Of a stretch of 64,000 nucleotides of DNA, positions 12,480 to 25,990 are shown piece after piece. Each line of letters starts with the position of its first letter. The first letter of the stretch is position 1. Source of the stretch: Raillietiella orientalis (lineage: Eukaryota); assembly GCA_036172245.1 (NCBI GenBank), contig JAYWIR010000027.1, positions 2,542,001-2,606,000 on the forward strand, given 5' to 3'. The notes beneath the pieces are model-generated. The model searched no databases. It was given only the letters and a program-made list of their open reading frames with translations, and had not been told where the DNA came from. Position numbers and translations under genes: made by a program.

Positions 12480-13215
12480 TCTTTTGGGTTCTTCTCTGTC
12501 TTCTCTGTTTTTTCCCTGCAGCTTTTTTTTTTTTTCGGGTTTTATTTTTTTTGGTTCGCTAAGTACCTCGCAGCGCGCACTTGGCTCTTTAACACCACGC
12601 CGCCAGCGGAGGGTGCGATTCTTCAAGATAGGGGGGCACCCTGGAAGGGGAGAGTCCGCCCTATGAATCCAGGAAGGGCTCGGAGTCCGTTTCTCTCACG
12701 CTTGGGGAGGGATCCACCCAGGAGGGGGGGGAATCACACCTCCCACCCTGGGTTGTCTCCGAAGGGGAACCCCGAAGCGAATCTCCTTTCTCATTCTCTC
12801 CGGAGGGACCTTCTCTGGAGTGGGATCCTCTCCATGTCATCTCCGAAGGGAACCCGGAAAGGATCCGCTTGTAGGAATTTCTTCTCCGGAGGGAACCCTC
12901 AAGGGAACCGCTCCTGTGCACTCCTCTGAAGAGAACCTCGAAGGGACGCTTCCGAAATTCAGAAGGGACTCTGCAGCTTCCCGCAGGGGATCGCTCTCGC
13001 TTGCTTCCTTGCACTCTCCTGGAGAGGCAGCAACTCGGAAGGTTCCCTCCGCAACAGTGGGGAATTCGCTCCTTTAAACAACTGGGGAGGTGCCTGTGAA
13101 GGCTCCTGCTCCGTCTTAAACAAACCAGAGGGTTTCCCCGGTGTGGAGGGTCCGCTCTCCGTTGTACGAACAGAGGGGAACTCCCCACTCCTTGATTCCT
13201 GGAAGGACCCGAAGG
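12480..13215 (-). mobile_element. Second dispersed repeat family (copy F1), probable retroelement remnant with A-rich end
   Basis: Shares TCTTCAAG..GCACCCTGG..CTATGAATCCAGGAAGG..CTCTCACG with 62660-62740, and CTCCTCTGAAGAGAAC and TTGATTCCTGGAA with 63595-63815; minus-strand frames end FLDS* in both copies. Confidence 0.55.
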
Positions 13216-15701
13216 TCGACTCCCATTGTTCCGGCCTTCATCGGTGGTTTACGGCTTAATCCACCGCCGGTGCCACGCCCGAATGATTAGACCAACCAGC
13301 GCCGTTGCAGGAGGAAATCGGAACCCAACGACGCAATGGCGTCAGTTTCTGCCGGAGTATTCGAACCCTCGTCGCATGGTGCCACGCGCGGAAGCCTTAA
13401 TTACAAAGGCATTACGCTTGGAATTTTTGTTTCTCCACGACATACCATAGTTCCACTCACAGATATGTTGCGATTTTTTTTTTTTTTTTCTAGTAAACTC
13501 ATTTTCCACACGCTCCGCACTACTTTTCATCTCCATCTCTGCCACTTCTTCGAACAAGAATCCTGCGTGAGTGCAAGTGAGTTTCAACCATAAATTGATC
13601 TATATGGTTGTGATCCCCCTACCCACATCTAGGCATCGTCATGTAGAGCCTCATTCACATTTCCTGCTGCTATTGGATTACTTTGTACTCTTGTCCATCT
13701 TTATTAGTTCTATCTCTATTTTGATTTGCTGTGCAATTCTTGTTTTTTCCACGTTTAAATCTGAAATAGTTTTGCATTCTTTGTGTGTGTGTGTGTGTCA
13801 CTTGAACTAAGGTAATTTTTTTCATTCGTGTTGCTCATCTTCCTTTATGGAAGTCCTCTCGTCAACAAAGTTTTGCATGATTTAAGAACCTAATATTTAA
13901 TGGCTGCATTCTTACATGTAGCCATTTCCCTTGATTTCCAAATATTCGAAATTTCCAATCATAATGACAAAACGAATATCTTGAATAGTATTGTGTTCCA
14001 GAAAGCAAATTCCTTGTTTGATTTATGGCCTCAGCAACCGGAAAGTCAGTCAGGTGTAGCTTTTTTTTTTGTTCTTTTCAAGTGTCGATATTTATTGAAG
14101 TTCTCATCACTACGCGCCTGTTCATTCGTGCAGATACACTTTTCATAAATAACTCTGTTGACAACAAAAGTCCTCTTTTCAAATTTATGAGATGATTCGC
14201 AAAGTAATGCGTATTGTCTTCTGCTGGTTGCTCCTGAAGGATAAGTTTAAAGTCAAAAATTTCCAGGAACTTTCTTTTTCAATGTGAGCACTGCTGCATT
14301 TCACTACTTTTGCATCTATCAAATTCTTTATAAAGCCAACATAAATAGGTATAAACTACGGTTCTTCGGATCAATTCGCTGTCTTGACACCCCTTCTTAA
14401 TTTGTAATTGGATGTGTGTTTTTTTTTCATTTTTTCACTAGAAGCATAAGTCATAGTGCTTTTGTGACAACTGAAATGCTAAATATAATAGCAAATATAA
14501 AAAGGGTCTGTGCTGCCATTTTAATAGACGGATTTTAAATTATGGGACTTGCTGTGCCGAACGAGAGCTCATACTTTCTCTATCCTTTCTTATAAAAGGG
14601 AGCTGATTTGTATTTTGTTGTGCGAAGGCTCTTCGCTTCTGAAATCGTTGGTTATTCGTTATACTCTATTTCATTCAAGTTCGATTTAAACTTTTTCCCT
14701 ATACTTGCTTATTTCCTTTTTGCTTTTCATTTTTGTCCTACTTTTTTGTATTTGATTCCTTTTTATGCGAACTGTTTTTTTAACTCGAACATGTGCCGTG
14801 TATCTCAATTGGAAGGCACTTTGAGAAACTTTGAGTACCTGCATTGAACGGATTAAGAAATTCCGACAAACATGCATTAAATGAAAGAGTATTACACCGT
14901 GATTTAGGTATAATACTCTTTCATTTAATGCATGTTTCAGTAACATAAAATCGTGAAATGAAAAACATGGGTCCAGGCAATCGAACCAGATTGTTTAGCC
15001 AAAGGAAACGATTCGAATCGTAGAAGAATTAGGCTTGTTCACGAATGCATTTGTGAATCAGCAATTAAGAGGGAAGTTGAAGCAAGGAAAATTCCTTTTA
15101 TGAACACGTGGGAGTGTGAACATATCGGCAGTAAACTATGCAGTTAAATGGTGAACAGAGTCCGTTTGCGTTGCTTTCCGGAATTCACAAAGCAAAGGCA
15201 CTTTGGCTTTTTAAGGGAAGATGAGCGCCCAAACGCAGACCGAGGTACACCTACTTTTTTCAACCGTGGTAATCCTTACGCTCAGTAGCGTAGCAATGCT
15301 GCAAGTGCCTTGAGACTATGTGGAATTTGTTACCTTCTCAATCATTATGATTATTCCTTGGGTGCAGTCGTTAATGGATTGAATCAGGTGGTTCCTCAGT
15401 GAGTGTTATTGTGCCGAGATTTAAAACCATTTTGAGGTGATGGAAAACCAGGAGCCGTAATCGTATCTTCGTCATGATACGTTGTAGCAGGATACTCAAA
15501 GTAAGGCTGCTGATTGCAAATCTAAACTTTTGTTACAAAGTGAACCAGATGTACTTCACTGAAGTACATCAACTTTAAGTATACGCAACACATTATGTTA
15601 TAAGCATGGATTTTGGAAATCGTAGCAACCGTTGGCAGGAGCAACAGTCGGTTTGCCAAGCAACGATGCGTTTGTTTCGAAAATCTAAATTAAAAAACAG
15701 A

Positions 15702-16249
15702 ATGAAATTGTTTCGCAGTCTTCCGCTTCCTTGTTTTTGCCGTGAATCACGTATTTCCGTGTACATTGTAGATCTTTATTCCATAAATTAAGCTGCAAAA
15801 AGTAGTGACTGAGTAACTAATCTTATTGCTAATTAGCAGTAAACTTAAAGTGATGCCAGTATAATTTTAAGCTTGATCAATAAGCCTTGTTTTACGATAT
15901 CAATTCATAGCTTTAAAAGATTTGATTTTTAGTCAGATTATGCAAAGGTTTTCATTCGTTGGAAATCGGAAATTACACATATTTCCGGTGGAACGCCTTT
16001 GAACAGTAAGCCTTTAAAAGAATCTAGTGCAAATTCATCCAAAGTGAATACATGTAAGTTAAATCTGATACATGGAATCTATGTTTAAGTTTGGAAATTT
16101 TTCCAGATGTTTCAGAAGCAACACCAATCACTTCCAAGGATGGGGAGTATAAAAATCTAGAATATTATGCATATAATTCATATTCATATTATGATCTAGA
16201 AAGAGAACTGATGAAATACCGTTTGCCTCAACCAAGTTCCAAGAGCTAG
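15702..16249 (+). CDS. NDUFV3: NADH dehydrogenase [ubiquinone] flavoprotein 3, mitochondrial; exons 15702-15750, 15937-16053, 16107-16249 (~102 aa)
   Basis: Last exon reads SKDGEYKNLEYYAYNSYSYYDLERELMKYRLPQPSSKS*, the diagnostic NDUFV3 C-terminus. Upstream exons are phase-compatible and give a presequence-like MKLFRSLPLPCFCRES; the first exon is less certain. Confidence 0.88.
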
Positions 16250-19200
16250 AATTTTATCATAATTACTAATTGCAAATCATGAAATAGAGTCATTTAATCT
16301 TATTTGTGTTGATTTTCATCAAAAAAGTACATACATCATTGGTTTTTACCATATTGTACTGCACTGCATTAGACTGATGCCAAATGAAAAAAAAAAATTA
16401 CAGGGAAATGTGAGCCTTCTGAACCATCATTTTTTTAGTCTTCTTTCATTAGGTAGCCATTTCAGCAATTTTGTGCAGACATTGGTTTACCTGAATGAAG
16501 TGCATATAGATACAAGACTTCAAGCAGAGTGATTTCCATGTGATGCTTTATTAATATTATAGTGTGTGTGGTCAGTATGTTCTTTTGTAATAAATGAAAA
16601 ATCTTAATTTCTCCAGGTATGTTTGTCAAAATTCATTTTTAAATTTTCTAAAGTCTATTTAAAAAATTTAAAGATGTAAAAAGGAAACAGTATTATCAAA
16701 GGTTCATCTTAGTAGTTTCTTATGCATAGGGAGCTATTTATAAATTTAACACGTCTAACTCTATGGTTGATTTTTATGACAAATATAAGCTCAACCGTTG
16801 ATACGTGTTTAATACCTAAATGGATATCTTTGTCAAAATACCAAGACTAAGTATGAATATGAGTTCTGTCAGAGAATAATAATAATAATTTGTGGTTGTG
16901 TGCAATCAAACAAACTTTCACAGGTTTTCATGGGCAAGTTGGAATGCAAAATGCAAAAACAGGAAGGAACCACAAGAAGGTTGCTGCAAGTTCTTATGAC
17001 ACTGTCAATATTACCCTCATTGTCAAAACAACTTTACATTGACAAATGGCATGTTACTTATTGGGAGTAAATGCCTATCAGGTTCATGGAATCTAGTTCA
17101 GTGTATTCTGTGAAATGAATTCTCTGTGCATAGAAATGGTGTATTGTAAATTTGAGATATGGCTCTCCATTTTTGTGATAAAATAGGCATACTTAACAGT
17201 CATCGAAACGGTTAGCAATCAGTTATTAAAAATCATTGATCGTCCTGGTCATTGATATTTTGCTTTGCTTTTTTTTGAAGGCTTTCTGAAGAATATGTGT
17301 GAAGAATTGGGTTGCTAGAGAGCTCTTAAAATGGAAATCCAATGAAATAATCCTTGGACCTGACATGGTCATAAGTATTGTAACATGCAGCAATTCTTGA
17401 AAATGCAATCCAGCCTGATGTTCCATTCAAGACCATCTTGTGCATGACGAAATCTTAGTATTTGAATACAGTGCCTACAGAAAATCAGTCATTGTCTTGC
17501 AATTGTTATAAGTCCTTCAAGAAATAAGCCAGAAAGATACGTACTTGGTTTGATTTTCTAGCAAGTAATGTGTATCAATACAAATGATAACATAACTCTG
17601 ATTCCGAAATTGCCAGAGTAGTTTCAGTTATTATATGGATAATGCTGTAGTTCCTAGAAAGCTACTGTGTTGTTTGTGAGATGGATGTTGTAATCATGTA
17701 ATGCAGACAGATCCTGAGAAACTTTGTTTGCTTCATAACATGGTAAATTGAGCTCTGGTGTTCATGTTATGATTATCTGCCTGGGAATTTAAAATTTTCT
17801 ATTGTTTGCTACTGATGTTACTGAACAGATTCCATCATGTTCCAGTAAAGATCGAAGCTGCTTTTGCATCTTACTGTTTGTAATTCAAAAGAACAAAAAT
17901 AGTCGTATTGAGTGCTAAAGAATCATCATCAGAATTTTGCAATTCTTTTTTTAAGTAAAAAAAAAAAATCTGCCATTTAGAATGTGTACAATATTGCTGA
18001 GTGAATAACTGTGCCAGAATTATCAAAAAAAAAACTCTCAGTTAAATGCATTTCACTGAGAGTTTCTTTCTCAGTGCATTTCACAAGAAAGCAATGATCA
18101 AATCTGCTGCTGCAGCATACATGATCATGATGCATTCGTACTTTTCAATTGAATTTTCGTTTCCAATCACATCTACTCTTGCGTGTGCCGAATTTCGATC
18201 CTGATTTTGGAAACTTTCCCATTTGGCAAACTGGCCGGGCCTTCGAAGCGGAGGCTGCTGGAGGTGAAGATCCCTTGCAGTTTGATCGTGCGGTTGCATG
18301 GAACCAGAACTGGGCTCGAACGATTTCGAAAACTGTTGTCAGGGATCTTCAAACCCATAGTAATCATCGTAATATCTAGATTACCATGGGTTTGGAGTTG
18401 ATGAGAGGGTTTACTATTAAGCGATTGGTTAATGCATGCTAGTATAGTTCGGGGGATAATTGATAAGGGGTGGGTGGAGTTGTCAGTAAGAAGAGTATTT
18501 TAGAATTTTAATGTTTCCCTCCCGTCATGGTCTCGCGGCTGTGGAAAGCTGTGGCGAATACCGTGGACAGACGGCGGGCGTAGTTGCAGCAGTCGTCAAA
18601 GCAGCGACTGCGTTTCGATCGAAGTCATTGGGGAAATTCTGGCATGTTAAAAACTTGATAAAGAACTTGGAGGCCTATCGGAAGCATTACAGCATTTGAC
18701 CATGCTGATGCCCACTCAATCACGGAAGTCATGCGCTCACTCGACCTCACCCGTCTTGACCAATGCGTAGTTGCTACCTATTGCTTGAAATCGTTTCTAT
18801 TGAAATTTCGAATATATAACAAGTGAAAGATGTTTATAGTCACACTACTTGAATAAATACAGATAAAATTAACAACATATTAGGAATCCTTATTAAACCA
18901 TTCATTTTTGAGCACGCACAGACGCAATTGGACCCTGTGGAAAAGAGTTGTTGAAAACTGGAATGCATAACAACATATTGCTACAATACATATATACTTC
19001 TATTGGAAATATAATACTGGTGCCAAACACAACTACTGCGTAATTATTCAGGCAAACTGTATCTCGTGCTGCTGCCTCCAAGCAACCCAAACCACAGTAA
19101 CAACCACAGCAACGCTTCTGCGCCACCATAAGCTGAATGCGGAAGCGTCCTACCACCACAGGAAAGCAAAAGACAAAGTGAAACTGTGATCTGGAAACCT

Positions 19201-21691
19201 GGCGTTCAGGACGGAGAGAGAAAAACGAGCGTTTCACTGGCTTCATCGCCTAAGCACAAAAGCACCGGCTGTGTACAACGGATACAGATTTGTCAGTTCA
19301 ATGAGGCCACACATCTACGATTCCCGGCATCACACCAGTGTACCACGAAGCTACGCAACCAGAACCGCAGCCAGGCATGAGAAGATACAGTGGCTGCGCA
19401 TGCAATGAATTCTCATGAGACCTCAGGGGCATTGAATCACGAAAGTAAACCATGATCGTTGTGCTTCCTTCAACTGAGTTTTTAACAGTGCTTATAAAGA
19501 GCCCATCTACTGTTTTTTTTTTGGCTAACTTCTGTATCATAGACTAGTGTAAATTTATCAACATTGTATACATTCAAGGTATTTACACTTAGAAGCAGTC
19601 CGAATTTTTCTTCCGAAGTTCCAACGTTGCATGAAACACCAGACGCAGCCTCAATACATCTGATTAATTAGCCATACGTATGCTATATGTAAGCATATTG
19701 ATAGCTACTTTCACTTTAATATTTATTTTATTTGTATAATTCATAACATTTACATAATCGTGAAGGGATAAAGGAAAGACCGTGTTGTTTGTGGAAATCA
19801 TCACCCAAGATTCCCTTCCGCTTCGCTGTCTGGTATGCATGAGTACTTTATGGAATAGTTTTGGTTGTGGATGCGCTCCCCTAGGAAAGCGTCCCCTCGC
19901 TCGGACAGCAGAGCCCATGAGTGAGCACCGCCTGCACTGCCTTTGTGGAACAGTAAAGACCGGAAGTGCTGAGTGGACCACGGACGTGTTGCGACTATGA
20001 CATAATGACCGAAAGAAAACACTGGAGGCTACACAAGGAATTGGATAAGATGGAAAGGATGGCGATTCGTCTTCTTCCGGCCGCGAGCACGAACGCGATC
20101 ACTGGGTTTGTGAGATGAGACAGGAGAGACAAAAGAACATACACAGTCACACACACGCACGCACGTTCTGTTCCAGCATTTGAGCAGCGGTAAGGATGGA
20201 AAAGGTCGATCCCGCTTTGCCGAAGACATTTCCTTCTTTCCTTTTTTCCCTTTCCCTTCAGCGTTTCGATCACTTTAAAACTCGTGAGTGGAGAAGAGCG
20301 GACCAGACGCAAGGATCGTCTGTCACCGCCTCGCTCGTGCACACCCGATGGCTCTTTGACCAGAAGATCGGATGGCAGCCACCACAACTCAGCCGAACTC
20401 TCCGCGCCGCAGATCCTCGGTGGGGTCCAAACCTCCTCAGCACACTGGTGCTGGCGCAGGGCAGCCAATGTCCTGCAGATGGCGCGTCCTTCGTTCCTCG
20501 AAGGTGGATGGGTGGGTGGTAGCTGTGAATGATCATCACACCGTGCGCTCGTCCCGGCCGCGAGGTCCGGACGAGACCCAGCCGACGTGACACCAGGGAG
20601 CTGCAGAATGCCCTTCGCAGTCTAAAATTCCGGGAACAGGTGCTGGCGCCATGCGGAGGATTTCAAGGGCAGAGGTCCGGCGGTTTCTCGAAGAGAATTT
20701 TCGGAACCTTCCGACCTTGCCCTTGGTCCGGGTATCGAAGCAGGGTGCCACGGGGAAACGCAGCAGGTCATCCTCCTCCCCTCGGCGCGCCCCTGGTGGG
20801 AGGGAGACGGTCCGGAGGCACGGAAAAGCACATCACGGAAGGAACGCCACCCCGCAGCACCCTCCAGCAGCGTGACCGTGAAGTAAGGGGTGCGAGCATC
20901 CGTGGGGGAAGTCCATGGTGAAGCGCTCAAGACCTGGATTCGGTAGTTTCGCTCCGGCCCCACTGCTGGCGAAGCGGGAAAGGCAGTGGCCTGCGGGCGG
21001 CCGATCGCCCTGACGAGACAGCCGAGCTGTTGGGCCGTTCGCGAGGCTGCAAGGGAAAGGGGAGGGCAAGGAGCCTCCCCCTCCCCGAGAGGGAACCCGG
21101 CGCCAACAAGAGGAGCAGCCAGTCACTTCCGGGTCCCAAACCTCCCCCTCATCCCGTTCGACACGCCGTCATCTCCCTCCCTCCTTTCAGGGGACGAAAT
21201 CCCCGGGGCACGTTCCTACATTCCCGGCAGCCCGAGGCCTTTCCTTGGACCACCCCGCCCGGATCCACTCGCCTCCCGTTCGTTCCCCGAGGAGACGGGG
21301 AAGGAGCATCTAGCAGACCCCGGAACCTCCCCCGGACGGAACCCGAAACACTATCCTTCTCCTTCTTCCCCTCTTTGTTGAAAAGAGGAGGAGGGGGCCA
21401 CTGCAAGGAGGGCCCCAGTGAGCAAAGGGTGGGCGCCGACAGCAGGAGCGACCAGAGGACCTGCGGCGGCGCGCTCGCAGCCGCCTCCGTCCCGGTCGGA
21501 CGCCGGGAACAGAGCGAGGAGGAACAGGGTGGGCGGCGCCCGGAAAAACCTCCCTCCCGGCGCGTCCAGGGCGGAGCTCCCGCGAACCGGAGGAGAGAGG
21601 GAGAGGGAGGGAGTTGGTCAAGCGCCCGGAAAGGGCGGAGGGAAGGCTGGAGCTGCGGGCGCCCTGCCCCTCCCTCTCGCTTGCCGTCTCC

Positions 21692-24600
21692 TCAGATGTG
21701 CACATTGTGGATGCTGGACGAATGCTCGGGATGGAAAGAAGAATTCTTCTGGCGGTTGGTCCTCGAGTAATCGGAGAACCTGTCGATGTCCTGCGGGATG
21801 AGCATGACGGGTTGCAGGTTCATCGACTTCCGGGATCCACCGATGGAGTACGCATCTCCAAGGTAACCGCCGTTGAACTCCCCTGGAAAGTTTCGACTTG
21901 ATTCTCATCGCGGGGAGCGGAGGGATCGCTTGCTTGACGCCGATCCCCTACCCCACCCACCCTTGCACGCGGCCGCAGCACTGCCGCTGGCTCCAGCCGC
22001 TTGCACCCTCCATAGGAACCGCTCGCCCCCGCGGGCGTCTCGGGTGGGGACGGATCGGGGGGCACGATAGGAAGCCGCCCTTTGCACTGCCACACCCTTC
22101 ACGCCCAGCAGCTGCGACACCGGCCGCCTCGAGAGGCGGAGCGGTCTGCGCAAGGAGGGAGGAGGCGCGCGCAGCCCTACCGAACCATCCCTTCCGGGGA
22201 TGGGCTCCCGGGGGAACGGGAGGGGGCGAAGCGGCTGCTGCCATGACGACGAGGGAGAGGGGGATGGCGCACAAGACGAGGCGTCCCCGCACGATCTGGG
22301 TGGAGCTAATGCGTTACGGGGAAGATCAGGAGGGAAGGGAGGGGTGAGGAGAAGGCTGGAAGGGTGGGGTCTGGGGGCAGACCACGGAGAACGGTCCCTC
22401 TTCCCCGCGCCCTGCTCACCTTTGTAGACAGAGGCGTTGGCGGCGTATCCCGGCTCTGCCTGGAGGACGACGTAGCGCGTGCCGAGGATCAACGCCAGGG
22501 CGCCCAGGACGAGGCCGTCGAAGACGGAGACGGCAGCAAGGATGAAGGCCCATTGAACCCTGCACTGGCCAGGGCGGTAGGCTCTGCTGTCGCCGCAGAC
22601 GTCCCCCACGGCAGGATGCTCCCAGCCGGAGGGGTAGGCCACCACGCCAGCCGCCATGCAGAGGGCTGAAATGCGGGAACACCCGGAAGACGTGAGTACC
22701 AGTGAGAGCTGGGCTCGCGCGCGCGCGCTCGCAGCCCACGACGACGAGCGCCGGGCGTTCGAGAACGACAAGCCGGTCCGAGGCGGAACCTCGGGGAAGA
22801 TGAGGGGTAGGGGGTGCCGAGATGAGAGGGAAAGAAGCGGCGGCAGTGACCCCCTACAGGCATCCAGCGCGCACGAGAGAGCCGCCTCTGGGAGACGCCG
22901 CCTCACAGGGGGGCGCGATGACGATGTTGTCGTGACAGCGAGGACGACGAACGAAGCACGCGCAGCTTCCCTTCAGTGCCCTTCACCCCCACCCACAAAA
23001 CCCTAAAGCCGCAAGGAGGAGCTGGCAGGCGAGTGTCCGCTCTCGCGGAGACCGGGGTCGCACTGGGGAAACGCCTGCAGGCGCAGCATGTCGCACCCGG
23101 AGAGGGCAGGCGCACCCCGCATTCCAGACCCCCCCCCTCTCGCTCCGTCGCCACCTACCACCTGGTGCAGCAAACAGCAACACCTTCGCACGCGAACGAC
23201 CGTGCGCGTGTTCAAGCGGAGGGGCACCCAGGTCGAGCGTTGAGCTGTCACCCCGCATTCCCGCGCGCACGCCCAGCTCGCCCGTGGGCCGCCTCGGTCC
23301 TCGCGCGACCTCCTTGACCGCAGGCAACTACGTGCGGACCCTGTCCACTCGCAAGAGTTCTCGCCTTGGCCCGCCTCCAGGCGCGTGTCCGGCTTTGCGG
23401 CGCAGTTTTGTTGACGGAGGCGTATTCGCGGTGTTTTGCTTCGGGAAGTCTCTCATCCAGGACGCGTTCTCTCTCAAGCGACGGCGAACTGCAGGGGGCC
23501 CGTTCCCCGCACCGTGCAGCTCCCAGTATCCCTTCGCCCCTCCTCAGAATGCACGGCTCAAGCAGAGGAACAGTGCCGCAGCTGCGCCACGCGCGACGGT
23601 CGTTCCGGTTAGGTGCGAGAGCCCGAAAGGCCGCCGCAGGGAAGAGGAGAAAACCAGGCAGAAAGAAAGGGATGGGCAAACAGGAAGTCGGAGTGGGGGG
23701 GGGGGGGGTGACGCAGCGCGCGCGCAGCGCAAGGCTTCATGGGAGGCAGGGAGAGCAAATCACACAACAGAAGCGTCGCCACCCCGGCTGCCCCCACTAA
23801 AAACTGCAAAGCATCACCGGCGGAGCGGCGGCGCAGCGAGGGAGAAGGGAGGGAGGGAGGCGCATTCCACCGAACGAAGCTGCGCCCATCCGCGAACATC
23901 GCGCGCAGGCGAGAGCACGCGGACGCGGGAGGACAGCGCCGCCGCGAGCCGCTCCGTCAACAGTGCACCGCGGACGCCATTTTGATTACCAGCGAGCGAG
24001 GCAAACGAAAAAGGCTGCACAGGGAGCAGTGGGTCCACGGGCTGGGATGTGGCGATCTGCTATGCCGCCCAAAGGGAAAGAGCTGCCGCGCGCGTACGTT
24101 TCGCAGTCCCCCTTCCCATCTTCCTATCGCCTCTCGCTCGCCCGTCCAAAGGCACAAGAAGCGCAGGATGCCGGAACCCTGCGCGGTGGTGGGAAAAGAG
24201 CAGTCGCACCGTGCAGGAGGGACGAGGAGCACATTGACTACGGGCGAGGGCACGAACGCACGGGGCGGCGAGCCACGCCGCCCGCTTCTCGGAGAGGCAT
24301 CGCGGACCAGGGCGCATTCCACAGGCGTTTCCCCTGCGGATACGGGCGAGCCTCTGCTCCTGCGAGAGCCGCTGTTGGGAAAGGAAAGGGTCGGCCACAC
24401 AGGCTCGTGGTTCTTCGCGGCGTGCCGACGTCGCCACCCATACGCCGCGTTTTGCCACCGTCTCCGCACAGACGCCACGCCTTTACAGATGCTCGCGTGG
24501 TCCAGCAGGCAGGCCGTTCGCAAAAGGAAGCAATTTTCGGGAAGCGAAAGTGGCGGCAGACACGCGAAACTCGAAGGTGCGGAACGGGCCGCCGCCGCGG

Positions 24601-25486
24601 CAGGGGGAGGGGGAACCCCATCCGCGTCCTCCTCCGTCTACGCGCAGGAAGAAAGCGAAAGGAGGCGACGCCAGCATGATAAAACATCAGAGAAGGCTAC
24701 GATTAAACATTTCAGAGAAAGAAAACACGTTTGCATGCATGTCCTCGTCAACAACGCGCCAGAATCGCCATTTTGAATATTTACGCAGGGTGGGAAGAAG
24801 AAGAAGAGGAAAAAGGGTTGCTAACTATGCGCTGGAAGAATGCAGAGGGTCTGTTGTCGGTGCCGCCGCCGGGAGGGTCACACGTCACGGCGGCAGCAAC
24901 ACCCGACACGCCTACCCATCGTGACTTTGGGTTAACTCTCCCTGCCGAGGCTGTTCGGTTACCGAGGTTTCGGCGTGAGGTCCTGGGGCCACGCATGCAC
25001 TCATGGGGGGGGGGATGCACAAAGGAAAAAAAACTCCATCCCAAGGAGTCCAAGGAAACCACGAGACTGATTACCTGACAAAATCTGAAGCCATCCGCAT
25101 ATGTGAAACACCGTAGGTGACTGGAGGAAAAGGAAAAGCATCATGCAAACAACGCTAAGCGATGCAACGATAGCGGAAAGACCGACGAGGACGGTGCAGC
25201 ACTGGAAGATCGTCGAGAGGATGGAGGAGAAATCGTCGATGCTTCCGAAACACTGCACTTGCTGTTCGCTTGGGCGGAAGACGCAGTATTTGTACAGTCC
25301 GAAATGACCACTTCCTTGGGCATCGCTGCTGTCGGCAATCCAGTGTGGCTGCACAAACACTATGGCACAGATAACAGCCAAGCAAATTGAGAAAATCGCC
25401 CATAGCACGGCTACGGCTCGGGCATTGCGGACATAATTGATCAGATGCACTTGGGAACTATCCGTATATTCGACTTTTGAACCCAT
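21692..25486 (-). CDS. Tmhs: LHFPL3/4/5-type tetraspan membrane protein (Tmhs orthologue); exons 25486-25075, 22665-22420, 21882-21692
   Basis: MGSKVEYTDS..NYVRNARAVAVLWAIFSIC..GHFGLYKYC..VFHICGWLQILSALCM..YPSGW..VCG..GQCRVQWAFILA..GSRKSMNLQPVML; all junctions GT-AG and in phase; closely parallels Drosophila Tmhs. Confidence 0.93.
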
Positions 25487-25990
25487 AAGGGACACCAACG
25501 AGTCGCATCTAATCGATCATTTGCTCATTTCGAAGGGACGCACAAACTCCGCGATCGCACCAACAGCACGCAGCGCGCGGGCGAGAGTCGACGCCAACAG
25601 CAGCAGCGGCGGCGGCAGGTCACCGTAGCTGACAAAAACTTACGCGAATAGCCATTCACCGAAGGAAAAAAAAAAAAAAAAAAAAAAAAGGGAGATGATC
25701 GTGTCACGTGATACTCCTGCATGGCACACTTTTTGCCCAGAGGACGCTCGGCGTCGCACAGGCGCCTCGGAGCACCTGGAGGATGCCTGGTTCCTCAACG
25801 AGCGTCTCTCCTTCGGGATGCTTGGGTGCACAACCCATGAATGCACGGACGTACGGGCCGTGCAAACACGGGAGTCAAAACCCCCGTACGTACACAAGCT
25901 GTGCCTCTTAAGACGGGCGGACCCGCTGACGGGGCAGAAATTTGAAAAAGCCCGAGGATGGCATGACGGCATTCCAGAGCCGGGCGATTG

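Noticed and set aside
19250..19400. VYNGYRF FLYWCH-like motif
   Set aside because: The downstream W-x-C and H-x-H residues are absent.
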